Source: a virus. Taken from it: a DNA stretch of 64,000 nucleotides. A model generated the notes under the pieces. That model was not told where the DNA came from. It did no database searches and saw nothing but the letters and a program-made list of their open reading frames with translations. The translations under genes were made by a program, and so were the position numbers. The stretch is taken from the IMG/VR virus record IMGVR_UViG_3300038443_001768. One strand, 5' to 3'. Below, one piece after another: positions 1-8,778 of the stretch (position 1 is the stretch's first letter; the number at the start of each line of letters is the position of its first letter).

Positions 1-199
1 TGTGTGTAACGAGCCAGCCGCCGAGGTTGAAGCCTTCGCCGCTTTCCCATCGCCGGCTAGGCAAGCAGGGGCAATAACGGTCTGCGATGTGGAAGGCCGC
101 GTCCATCATTGGTACGACGTGTGCGTCACCGCTGGTGGTTTTGAAGGCTTCCCACATCCGACGATCTCCTGTACCCCTATGAAAGTCCGCCCGACGCGC

Positions 200-550
200 T
201 CACGCTACGCCCCAAAGGCCACGATTGGTGAGCCAGAGAAGCTCGCGTCCCGACGCTCGCCATTCCGTGAGGGCCTTGTATGCTACCTCTTGCTCAGTGG
301 TTAGTCGCTTGCTACCAAAGACGGCAAGCTTGGCGTCAAGCGGATCGTTTGTATGCAGGTCCGACACCGAGTGCATCAGATGGACGATCCAGTAGTGGAC
401 GTTGCGGTGGCAGGTAGGGCAGAGTTCGACCGTGTCGCGATCGAAGAGCGCGTTTGAGTTGATCGCCGCCTGCCAGGCCTGAGGCACGACGTGGTGCCGC
501 TCCGTGGTGAGCGGTCGTGGTCGGTGAAACTTCCTCGCCGTGCATGCCAT
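200..550 (-). CDS. HNH endonuclease
   Basis: HHVVPQAW...VELCPTCHRNVH, an HNH motif with CxxC. Confidence 0.75.
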   Translation of the reverse strand: MACTARKFHRPRPLTTERHHVVPQAWQAAINSNALFDRDTVELCPTCHRNVHYWIVHLMHSVSDLHTNDPLDAKLAVFGSKRLTTEQEVAYKALTEWRASGRELLWLTNRGLWGVA

Positions 551-2106
551 GGACGAATAGTACGCTTCGGTTCGACGAGTTCGTCAAAACCCATCTCCGC
601 CTCGTGAGCATCGAGGCCTTGGGCTTGAGTTCGTAATCGTGGTGATGACGATTGTCGGGCTCGTTTGGTTCGCCCGCCGTCGAGATCAGGGCGCTGGCTT
701 CCGCCCGCCAACACTGTTGTTCCGGGCGGCTCATGGACCCCTATGAAAGTCATCGGGCGCTGTCGTTATTGGTATCGGTTTGGTGCCTGTCGGTGGAGGC
801 TTCGTACCACTTCTTATTTTTCCTCTCCTGTGTGGCACCAGCAACGCGTTCCTTGAGCCCCTCCCACTGCTGAGGACGTTTTTCTAGTCAACAACCCTAA
901 CAAACCAAACCCGCTCATGGAGCCATTTCCCTTACTGGTCCTGTGGATGTCCACTATGTTGGGGTTCTTAGTGGTCCAGTTTGTGTTCCTGTATGCCTTT
1001 ACAGTCATGTAAAGGGAGAATGAGTGGGGGCGCACTGAGACGTCCCCCACATTCCCCACAACCCCCCACGACCGACTCAACGCAACCATCACTCGACCCC
1101 CTAGACGCCCCTCGCCTACCCCGCTCTGAGAGAGCGCCGACGCCCGCTCTGACGTCCATAGACAGACTCAGCCGTCCGTACCTACTGCCGACGCATCCCG
1201 TGCGCTTAGAGCGGACGAGAATGGCTTTCGTATCCGTCACTGCTACAGATGGGCGGCCGAATCGGGTACTAGGGATGCCCTCTGGGGGTATGGGTTGCGT
1301 TGGGATCAAGTCATAGCGGTTGGTCCGATGGATCGGATTTGGCTCAAACGCTTGACCTCGACGCGAACATAGGTTCGCTGGGGTCGAGTTCGCCTATAAC
1401 AGCGTTCGCATCTCAGGCGAACACAGGCTAAATGTTCGCTGAGAACAGAGCGTCTACGCGCCAAAGTAGCCGGTATGCGCCGCCCATACCCCCATTTCCC
1501 ATCCATCGGGTGTAGGTACCGACGCCTACATAGGCTGTCTATATGATGTCCTAGGCCTAGGACTACATGTTGAGATTTGGCTCTACTAGGCCAAATGCGA
1601 CCGCAACGGTTGCAGTTGCGCAAGCAACGACGTTTCGCCGCAGGCGAAACCAGCAACCCTAGGGTTGCGGATGGCCGGAAAACCAAGTCCTACATGTTGC
1701 GCTCAGAGCCCTTACGTGGCAAGGCATTGCGAGTACTTATACGCCAATGGCTCCATCTTATCCCTGTACAGGGGGCGCTCTCACGCGTGTAATGGGCGGC
1801 GGCAACCGCTGGACTGGCAATCTCGGCCGCAGCGGAACCGGGGAGAGCGATCCCCCGGGGGTTCCATCGGAATCGGCATATGCCAGACGCGGTCATCCGC
1901 CGTCACTCGCCTAGTGCGTCTCCCAGTGACACCGGACAGACAGGGAGTCAGTCCCCCGGATGACCCGCGTATCGAAACTCCGCTAGTCGGCACGGACCCT
2001 AGGTCCGGCGAACGCAAGCAACGCGTGCCAGTGCGGCGGAGCGCACTGCCCCGGTCAAGTAACCAATGCCTATAACTAGGCACGGACTCCGGGAGCAAAG
2101 GTGACT

Positions 2107-2123
2107 AGTCAATGTCATTGACT
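2107..2123. promoter_or_regulatory. Palindromic operator-like site AGTCAATG-T-CATTGACT
   Basis: Perfect 8-bp inverted repeat; near copy AGACAATGACATTGACT at 2804-2820. Confidence 0.45.
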
Positions 2124-2599
2124 TCCAAATCACGTTGTAGAACTACGCGTCTCACGCGTACGCGCGTCTCACGGGACAGCGCCGACTCACGCCAAAGACC
2201 CGAACCCCTCGCACGATCAATGACCCCCAACGACGGGGATTCACGATCAACGCCTAGGGGTCGATCACGGACAAAGAGCGGCGCGCCCAAAGAGCGAACC
2301 GGACACAAAGAGCGAACGTAGGACTATGACAATGAGAGTAGGAGGATACGAACGGATGACTAGTAGAAGTGCCCATCTGCCTCTCACGCGTAGGCCTAGG
2401 CCTAGTGCGATGCGCGTCATGCAGCCGATTGGTGGGCAACAAAGCAATGACCATAACAACCGTGTCCTCACTCACTCGACGATGCGACGAAAGCGAACCC
2501 CTTCATTCCTGCCCCGCTACGGCGGACGTTAGGCGTAGGGCTACCGAGTAGTTGATCGACAACGTCGAGCCGATCACGGCAGTGGCACTGACTACCGAA

Positions 2600-2646
2600 T
2601 CTCACGACCGCTGAGAGCGTCTCACGATTCGGTCGAGCGTCTCACG
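2600..2646 (+). repeat. TCTCACG direct repeats with exact 20-bp period (iteron-like)
   Basis: Copies start at 2600, 2620, 2640; further copies at 1779, 2150, 2167, 2382. Confidence 0.7.
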
Positions 2647-2937
2647 GACGCGTCGCACGGTTACACGCGCGTGTAACGGATGGCCGATCCTCTCCGCCGA
2701 TGGGCGGACCGATCGAACCCCCACCCGTTGGACGCTCTGCCGCGCGACCCCTAGGAGCGAACCGACCGACTCAATGAGCGAACCCCGGACAATGACAGTA
2801 GGTAGACAATGACATTGACTTGACGGAAGCCAAGAGCGTCAATTCAGGATGTCGTCGGGGTAGCGCCCGACCAACGGTAAGTTATAGGTCATGGTCGGTG
2901 GTCCGGCCAAACGTTGCTTTGCCTATAACTTGCAGGC

Positions 2938-2972
2938 GGCGCCTTGGGGTTCGATTCCCTAGGGCGCCTTTT
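2938..2972 (+). terminator. Hairpin with tRNA T-loop-like loop followed by TTTT
   Basis: GGCGCCTTGGGG-TTCGATT-CCCTAGGGCGCC-TTTT. Confidence 0.45.
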
Positions 2973-3000
2973 GGTTCAACCCTAACTAGGGAGTACTTGT

Positions 3001-3288
3001 ATGCATTCCTCTCGTTACGCTCGGCTGGTCGATGCGGCGGACGCAATGTCGGCGCGCGTTCTGGGGTTCTACGTCCCCGATGACTGGTCGGAAGACGTTT
3101 CCCCGCGCGGCGTCGTTCTGATGGTGCGCGACTTCGCTCCGCATTACGCGGTGCACGACTTCGAGGCAGCCGCGGTCGACGACGTCATCCGCGATGGTCG
3201 TACGTTCGAACACCAAGTCGAAGCGCTGAGCGCTTTCGCGCGGTCATGCGATGACGCGTTCCTGGCGTCGATCGATTTGGCGGGATGA
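3001..3288 (+). CDS. Hypothetical protein
   Basis: ORF with upstream GGGAG SD. Confidence 0.6.
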   Translation: MHSSRYARLVDAADAMSARVLGFYVPDDWSEDVSPRGVVLMVRDFAPHYAVHDFEAAAVDDVIRDGRTFEHQVEALSAFARSCDDAFLASIDLAG

Positions 3289-3599
3289 GCGATGACTTGT
3301 CACCCCTCCGCCGACGTCGTCTGTTCCGCCGCCGGCTCGACTACAGCGTCTGGCGCTGTCGTCGCCGCAATCGTCTTTGGGATGGTCCTCCTAATGGCGA
3401 TCCTTCCCGCCTACGTCCTGTACAGGCGGGACCGATGATCGGCCGTCTACGGCGGCGCGCGCTACGCCTCGTGCTTGGTGAGGAAATCTACGCATTGGTC
3501 ACGAATGACTGATGCTGAGTACGCCTCACTGGCCGCGATCGCCATGGCCTACATGCTGGCCATGGATGAGTAGTTCCATCACAACTCGAAAGGTGCATC

Positions 3600-4001
3600 A
3601 TGTCCTACAAGTACGCTGCTCTCATCATCGGCGCATGCTGGGCCGTGTCGTTCGGTCTCGTCGGCGCGTCGATGGCGCGCGCCGAGACTCAGCAGCGGTA
3701 CCCGAACGGTCACTGCTACGGGTACGCGGTTCCGTCCCTGGATTGCGTGTCACCGGACTGGACGGGGGTCGTTCAGCGCTGGTCGTCGATGCACGTTCCG
3801 GCCGATCGGCGCGGTTCGGACGTCCAGTGTTACTCCGCCGTCTCGGGACGTCCCTACGTGCAGCGCATCGGCGCGTTCGGTCCCTACTGGACGGCGTTCG
3901 CGCACGGGCATGACGTCGCGGTCGCGGCCTACGATCGGGTGCATCATGACTTCGTCAACATGACTCACCGGTCAGTGATCTGCGCAAGCTGGGCCGACTA
4001 A
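3600..4001 (+). CDS. Hypothetical secreted/membrane protein
   Basis: Hydrophobic N-terminus ending ARA; AAAGG SD. Confidence 0.65.
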   Translation: MSYKYAALIIGACWAVSFGLVGASMARAETQQRYPNGHCYGYAVPSLDCVSPDWTGVVQRWSSMHVPADRRGSDVQCYSAVSGRPYVQRIGAFGPYWTAFAHGHDVAVAAYDRVHHDFVNMTHRSVICASWAD

Positions 4002-4190
4002 TGCTCCTAAAGGGGCGTACCCGCACCGGCGAGACCGTGCATGCGGTTGAGTCTCTGCCCAACGATCCGACGCCACTAGGACACTCGCACGGGCGGTTCC
4101 GTCCGGCCCTATGCGGGGCATTGGTGCGTCCGACGCAACACCGCTTCACAGGCAACGAACCGCGCGCGTGCAAGCGCTGTCGCGCGCTCG

Positions 4191-4244
4191 CTAGCGGCTA
4201 GATGTAGGGGTCGGTCGAGCGCCGACCCCTAGATGTGGTCCTAG
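4191..4244 (+). repeat. 54-nt intergenic hairpin, family 1 copy 1
   Basis: CTAGCGGCTAGATG-[11-bp stem, 5-nt loop]-GATGTGGTCCTAG; same length and flanks as 5467-5520. Confidence 0.8.
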
Positions 4245-4267
4245 TCTCAACATGTAGGAGTCGTGTC

Positions 4268-4579
4268 ATGCGTGAATTCACCAATACCTACACAGTGGCC
4301 GAGCTTGACCGTATGCGCGCGGTCGCGGTCGAAAGGGAACGACGGGCGGCAGAGGATCGCGCGCGACGCCTGCGCGAGGAGGCAGAACGGGAGGCAGCAC
4401 AGGCAATCAACCTGTATGAGTCGATCGGTCTCACCATTATCGGTGTAGATCGGTCGCGCGCGGGGTGGACACTGAGTCTCTCCGATGGGTCAACACTGGT
4501 CATGACCTACGACAGCGACGAAGACTCTTTCTGCGGGTGCGATCTACGGCGTGACCCGAGCGGACGTCACGCGCAGTAA
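4268..4579 (+). CDS. Hypothetical protein
   Basis: AGGAG SD before ATG 4268. Confidence 0.65.
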   Translation: MREFTNTYTVAELDRMRAVAVERERRAAEDRARRLREEAEREAAQAINLYESIGLTIIGVDRSRAGWTLSLSDGSTLVMTYDSDEDSFCGCDLRRDPSGRHAQ

Positions 4580-4616
4580 GAGCGGCCGATCAAACGTCCA
4601 CACCAAAGGAACGTCT

Positions 4617-4949
4617 ATGTACGCGTACACATTGACTGTACCGTTGTGCGACAACAACGGACGCGACCGCGCCGACGTCCATCGGCACCTATGCGCGGTG
4701 TTCGCGCGCCGATTTGGGGGCTGGACATCTACCGACCATGTCGGCGGGTGGTTCGCTCCCGGTGCCGACCACCCCGGGACCGAACCGGTTCGGCGGTATG
4801 AGATTCTGACCGCTGAGCAAACCGATGCGTTCGATGACCTAGCCGCATGGGTCGCGTCAACGATGGCGCAGGACGCGGTTCTCGTCATAGGGCCGGTACC
4901 GGTGCCCGCGCGGTTCATCTCCGCCGCTACGTCGACTCGCGCCGCGTAG
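4617..4949 (+). CDS. Hypothetical phage protein
   Basis: AAAGGA SD; PLCDNNG...FGGWT...GGW...QDAV pattern typical of phage small proteins. Confidence 0.7.
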   Translation: MYAYTLTVPLCDNNGRDRADVHRHLCAVFARRFGGWTSTDHVGGWFAPGADHPGTEPVRRYEILTAEQTDAFDDLAAWVASTMAQDAVLVIGPVPVPARFISAATSTRAA

Positions 4950-5164
4950 GGGGTTCTCGGTGCGTCTCTACTGCCGCCTCTGTAGCTGCTTTGTTCGGTC
5001 CCCCTGGTCGCGTTGCTCGCACTGCGGGACCGAACACTCCCGCGACGCCCCAGCGCTTGAAGAGCCGATCCGTAAGCGTCGCCCATCCGCGCGTACGCGC
5101 GGTCTCGACCGCGGTTACCGCCGGTAGCCCCGTATCAAGGCATACGCCTAGAAAGGTCTCAGCA

Positions 5165-5470
5165 ATGGCCAAAATCTCAGCGCGCGGGTCGGTCAAGCTC
5201 GCGCAGGCATCGAACGCGTACACCGACACCGATGGATGGGACCATAAGGTGAGGATCGCTCTCCGCTCGGATGGCGCGATACTGTACGCGCATGACTTGC
5301 GGTCACCGGATCGGCGAGACGCCTACGGTGCGCGCGGCTGGAATCGGGGCGGCTACTCCATCCAAGCTCGCCTGAACAAAGAGCAGATGTCCTCACCCGT
5401 CACGGCACTGAGCGTCTTCGAGCGTTACGCGTCGGCGCGCTTTGGCGCGACCCTCGACAGCCCGCGCTAG
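5165..5470 (+). CDS. Hypothetical protein
   Basis: GAAAGG SD before ATG 5165. Confidence 0.7.
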   Translation: MAKISARGSVKLAQASNAYTDTDGWDHKVRIALRSDGAILYAHDLRSPDRRDAYGARGWNRGGYSIQARLNKEQMSSPVTALSVFERYASARFGATLDSPR

Positions 5471-5520
5471 CGGCTAGGTGTAGGCCTAGGGTTGATCCCT
5501 AGGCCTAGACGTGGTCCTAG
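5467..5520 (+). repeat. 54-nt intergenic hairpin, family 1 copy 2
   Basis: CTAGCGGCTAGGTG-TAGGCCTAGGG-TTGAT-CCCTAGGCCTA-GACGTGGTCCTAG. Confidence 0.8.
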
Positions 5521-5551
5521 GCCTATAACTACCCTTGAAGGAACACCCAAA

Positions 5552-6187
5552 GTGGAAACCAAAACCTACAAGTACACGCATTCCGAGTCCGCGCGCAAAG
5601 CAGCGATGCGGCGGCGCATCCTTCAGACCTTCGCCGACGCGTCCGCTGATGATCTTGCGTCCGGGCAGGAATGGTACTACCGCGCGAACCGTGCAGCCGC
5701 ATCGATCGCTGAAGGTTCCTCACTGTCCGCCGACACAGTGGCCGGTGTGATCGCCGCTCTGTCCCCGCGGTGCGCGTGGGCCACGAATCTCGCATGGGCG
5801 TCGGCCGTCGTCGATGCCTACGTCGGCGGTTCCGATGCTCCCCCTGCGGTGCATACACGGACGATGCGCGCGCAGGCATGGCGCATCGCACAGGGAGAGC
5901 GCCCGTTGGACGTCCTCAACGGACCTAAGGTGCGCGCGTTCTACGCAAACATTGTCGGCAACGCCGACGCCGTCACGGTCGACACGTGGGCCGCGCGCGT
6001 CGCGGAAGGCAACTGGACGCCCCATCCGCGTAAGTCCGGCAATAACTACGCGGCGACCGATGCCCCGCAGGGGCGTCGCTACGCGCTGATCGCGGACGCG
6101 TACCGCGAGGCCGCCGCACTGGTCGGTCACTCCCCGCGCGACGTTCAGGCCGCCGTATGGGTGCACGTACGGCAGTCGGCGGACTAG
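5552..6187 (+). CDS. HhH-GPD-fold DNA glycosylase/lyase-like protein
   Basis: LNGPKVRAF (HhH Lys), AVTVDTWAARV (cf. EndoIII VDTH), QAAVW; GAAGGA SD before GTG. Confidence 0.6.
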   Translation: METKTYKYTHSESARKAAMRRRILQTFADASADDLASGQEWYYRANRAAASIAEGSSLSADTVAGVIAALSPRCAWATNLAWASAVVDAYVGGSDAPPAVHTRTMRAQAWRIAQGERPLDVLNGPKVRAFYANIVGNADAVTVDTWAARVAEGNWTPHPRKSGNNYAATDAPQGRRYALIADAYREAAALVGHSPRDVQAAVWVHVRQSAD

Positions 6188-6211
6188 TCCTACAGCCCTG
6201 AGGAGCTATCC

Positions 6212-6406
6212 ATGTACTACAAGATCACCGAGGAGTTGCCCGACGGACGCGTCCGCGGACTAGGCCGCACCGGCGACCGCGAAGAGGCGCTGCGCATCTA
6301 TCACGCCGATCCGCGATGGGCGCGCACCCTTCATCAGTCGAGCACCCCGTTCCCGCCCGCTAAGGCGCAGCGAGGGGAGCTATCCAAGGCCTACAAGAAA
6401 GGCTAG
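6212..6406 (+). CDS. Hypothetical protein
   Basis: AGGAGCTATCC-ATG start. Confidence 0.7.
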   Translation: MYYKITEELPDGRVRGLGRTGDREEALRIYHADPRWARTLHQSSTPFPPAKAQRGELSKAYKKG

Positions 6407-6412
6407 TCCTGT

Positions 6413-6547
6413 ATGTCTCAGTCTCACGGCGGTTCACGTTCGCGCGGCGATGACTTCGCTGAGATGGTCTCAGTGATTCTCATGATTGCCGGGATCGCGC
6501 TGTGCGTGATCGCGCCACTCGTCGAAGTCATCAAGTCCATCATCTAG
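6413..6547 (+). CDS. Small membrane protein
   Basis: 44-aa ORF with one hydrophobic helix; GAAAGG SD. Confidence 0.55.
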   Translation: MSQSHGGSRSRGDDFAEMVSVILMIAGIALCVIAPLVEVIKSII

Positions 6548-6565
6548 CTCAGGGAGCTATCCAAG

Positions 6566-6802
6566 ATGTACAACAACCTCTTCAACCCCAACGTCCCCTA
6601 CCGCGCGGACGGCCATTGGTCGCTCCCGCTCAACCGGCGAGTCGCCTACGCCGACGAGCGCGCCGGTAGGATCGCCGAGAATGTGGCCAACCGGGAGCGG
6701 CTCGGACCCGTCGTCGCCGTCGATGGCGAGACCTATCAGTTCGACGCCTATGCGGAGCTACTGTCGGCCGCGTACCCCGGCCGGAACACCATCAACAACT
6801 GA
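6566..6802 (+). CDS. Hypothetical protein
   Basis: GGGAG SD inside the repeat motif. Confidence 0.65.
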   Translation: MYNNLFNPNVPYRADGHWSLPLNRRVAYADERAGRIAENVANRERLGPVVAVDGETYQFDAYAELLSAAYPGRNTINN

Positions 6803-6812
6803 GAGGATCGAC

Positions 6813-7043
6813 ATGTCCATCAACTACGCTCGCATGCAGCGTTCGCTGCCTCGCCTGAAGGCGGCGCTCACTCGCGCCGTCAAGAGCGGCGATCCTGCCC
6901 GCGTCGAGGCCGCGTGTCGCGCCGCTGTCGCCGAATGGGACGCCTGCGGGGCATGGCCGGACGATTGGTCGCGCTGGCAGCGCGCTCTCGACGATTCGCG
7001 TCCGCCGTGGGAGTGGATTCGTCTCGAAGACCTCAGCGCGTAG
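6813..7043 (+). CDS. Hypothetical phage protein
   Basis: GAGAGG SD; WPDDWSRWQRALDD motif. Confidence 0.7.
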   Translation: MSINYARMQRSLPRLKAALTRAVKSGDPARVEAACRAAVAEWDACGAWPDDWSRWQRALDDSRPPWEWIRLEDLSA

Positions 7044-7093
7044 CCGCGCGGGGCATCGGACCTCTCGGTGCCCCCTGCGAGTGCGAGCTATCC
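7035..7093 (+). repeat. 59-nt hairpin element, family 2 copy A
   Basis: AGCGCGTAGC-[variable stem-loop]-AGTGCGAGCTATCC. Confidence 0.85.
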
Positions 7094-7146
7094 AGGCCGC
7101 GCAATCCAGGCCGCGCATCAACTAGTCCTACAAGAAAGGCAACATC

Positions 7147-7545
7147 ATGGCCAAGCGTTCCCCTGACCGCGAGCGGTTCCTCGCCGACGTCATCGTGACG
7201 GCCGTCGAGGGCGGCATCGGCTACTGGTCGCAGGTCTCGGATTACCGTTGGTGGTCCGATCTGATCGGCGGGCACAACGCTACGGCGGTGTTTGAGACAT
7301 CGGTGATCGTCTACCCGCTGCTGGACGATGAGTCCGGCTACAGCGTCAACGGCGTCCCCGTCGGCATCGACTCGATCGCGCGCGCCATCGAGCGGATCAA
7401 GTCCGACCGATCCATTCGGCTCAGCGATGCCTACTTGGCGCGCATCCTGATCGCCGACCGTGACAACGACGCCGGGAACCTCGATTCCGACGACGCCGAC
7501 GTGATCGTTCAGGTAGCGGTGCTCGGTGACGTCATCTACGGGTGA
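7147..7545 (+). CDS. Hypothetical phage protein
   Basis: EGGIGYW...DADVIVQVAVLGDVIYG; GAAAGG SD. Confidence 0.75.
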   Translation: MAKRSPDRERFLADVIVTAVEGGIGYWSQVSDYRWWSDLIGGHNATAVFETSVIVYPLLDDESGYSVNGVPVGIDSIARAIERIKSDRSIRLSDAYLARILIADRDNDAGNLDSDDADVIVQVAVLGDVIYG

Positions 7546-7561
7546 GGCGGGGGAGCTATCC

Positions 7562-7771
7562 ATGTCTTACGACGCAATCCTGATCGAGTTCCGCGACCGC
7601 CGCACCGATCGCACCGTGTGGGCGGTCGTCGCTGATCGGATCGTTTGGTGCACCCCTACCGAGGTCACCTACATCAAGTGCGACAGTGGCGTGCGTCACG
7701 GGTCGCGCATCCTGCCGTCCGAGTACGTGGCGCTGCGCCCCTGCGTGGCCGATCGGCCGATCGGGCGGTAA
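7562..7771 (+). CDS. Hypothetical protein
   Basis: GGGAGCTATCC-ATG start. Confidence 0.65.
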   Translation: MSYDAILIEFRDRRTDRTVWAVVADRIVWCTPTEVTYIKCDSGVRHGSRILPSEYVALRPCVADRPIGR

Positions 7772-7793
7772 ACGACAACTAAGGGAGCTATCC

Positions 7794-7907
7794 ATGTCTG
7801 TCGTGTTCTTCATCATCAAGTGCCCGCGCTGTTCGTCTGAGGCGTGCGTCCGCGTTGGACGCACCGGTGTCTGCGGGCGCGGCCATCACGTCCGAGTCAA
7901 CCGCTAG
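7794..7907 (+). CDS. Small Zn-finger-like protein
   Basis: CPRC...C...C..GHH; GGGAGCTATCC-ATG start. Confidence 0.55.
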   Translation: MSVVFFIIKCPRCSSEACVRVGRTGVCGRGHHVRVNR

Positions 7908-7964
7908 CGCGTAGCCATCAGGGGCCAAGTCATAGGATTTGGCCTCGATGAGTGCGAGCTATCC
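7906..7964 (+). repeat. 59-nt hairpin element, family 2 copy B
   Basis: 58/59 identical to 12579-12637. Confidence 0.9.
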
Positions 7965-8001
7965 CACGCACTGCATGTCCATCAACAACTGGAGGTACTT
8001 G

Positions 8002-8178
8002 ATGTCCAAGTCGCAGTCGTTCACGTCCCTGTCGGCGGCGATGGGGTACCTGAAGGCCCAGGCTCGCGCGGAGGCGAACGCCGCCCACGCGGAGGACCTG
8101 AAGCGCGCCGCCAACCTCCGCCGGTCCGCGTCGATTGCCCGCAAGGCGCCCGGCACGGGACCGCGCATCGCCGCCTGA
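8002..8178 (+). CDS. Hypothetical protein
   Basis: GGAGG SD. Confidence 0.6.
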   Translation: MSKSQSFTSLSAAMGYLKAQARAEANAAHAEDLKRAANLRRSASIARKAPGTGPRIAA

Positions 8179-8225
8179 GCCGTCGCTCCAGCCAGTAGTC
8201 GGTTCGACACAGGTACCCCGGCGAC

Positions 8226-8289
8226 TAGCCGTCGCGGGCATCGGGTGAGACAATTCCGGTGCCCTCGATGGGTAGCCACGGAGCTATCC
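8226..8289 (+). repeat. Hairpin element, family 2 divergent copy C
   Basis: TAGCCGTCG-CGGGCATCGG...CCGGTGCCC-TCGATGG...GAGCTATCC; inner stem shared with copy A. Confidence 0.7.
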
Positions 8290-8778
8290 CAGCGACGCAG
8301 ATTGTTCTACAACAACAGGAGCAACGCCATGACCACCAAGATGACGCCCGACGAGGCGCGCAAGGTCACCCGTCCGCAGCCCCGGGCCGGTGATCGCTGT
8401 GTCTTCTACTCCGAGATGTTGCACGAGACCGTCGACTCCCATGGGCGGTGGTTTCTGGTGCGTGACTACACGGGCCAGGAAGTCACCGTCGTCCGTCACC
8501 TGCGAGGGGTCAACGACCCCGCCCCTGAGTACGACGGGCCGGGCGAGGACGACGTCGAAGACCACGACGCCGATGAGGGCGGCAAGGGGTGGTTCGAGTG
8601 CTCGCGCGGCTACATCGTCCGCGCTCTCGACGGACGCGAGTTCATGGTTCACGTCGAGGAAATCGACGGCTGGGACCGCGACCTTGGACAGTTCTACGGA
8701 CCCTCCGGTGTTTGGGGCAGCGTTGAGTAACGAGCTATCCCAGCGCAGCACAGATTGTTCTACAACAACAGGAGCAAC
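8281..8778 (+). repeat. ~45-bp leader direct repeat flanking one gene (8281-8325 and 8732-8778)
   Basis: GAGCTATCCCAGCG-N3/5-CAGATTGTTCTACAACAACAGGAGCAAC in both copies. Confidence 0.85.
8329..8730 (+). CDS. Hypothetical protein
   Basis: AGGAG SD. Confidence 0.7.
   Translation: MTTKMTPDEARKVTRPQPRAGDRCVFYSEMLHETVDSHGRWFLVRDYTGQEVTVVRHLRGVNDPAPEYDGPGEDDVEDHDADEGGKGWFECSRGYIVRALDGREFMVHVEEIDGWDRDLGQFYGPSGVWGSVE

Larger units (their letters stand above)
900..3000. other. Largely non-coding region with short repeats, palindromes and hairpins (candidate genome end/terminal repeat or origin)
   Basis: No convincing ORFs. TCTCACG x7, GAGCGAAC x4, CAATGA half-sites, many CTAG palindromes. Separates minus-strand genes from the plus-strand gene block. 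Confidence 0.55.

Noticed and set aside
2880-2975. tRNA gene
   Set aside because: Only a T-arm is visible; no D-arm, anticodon arm or CCA
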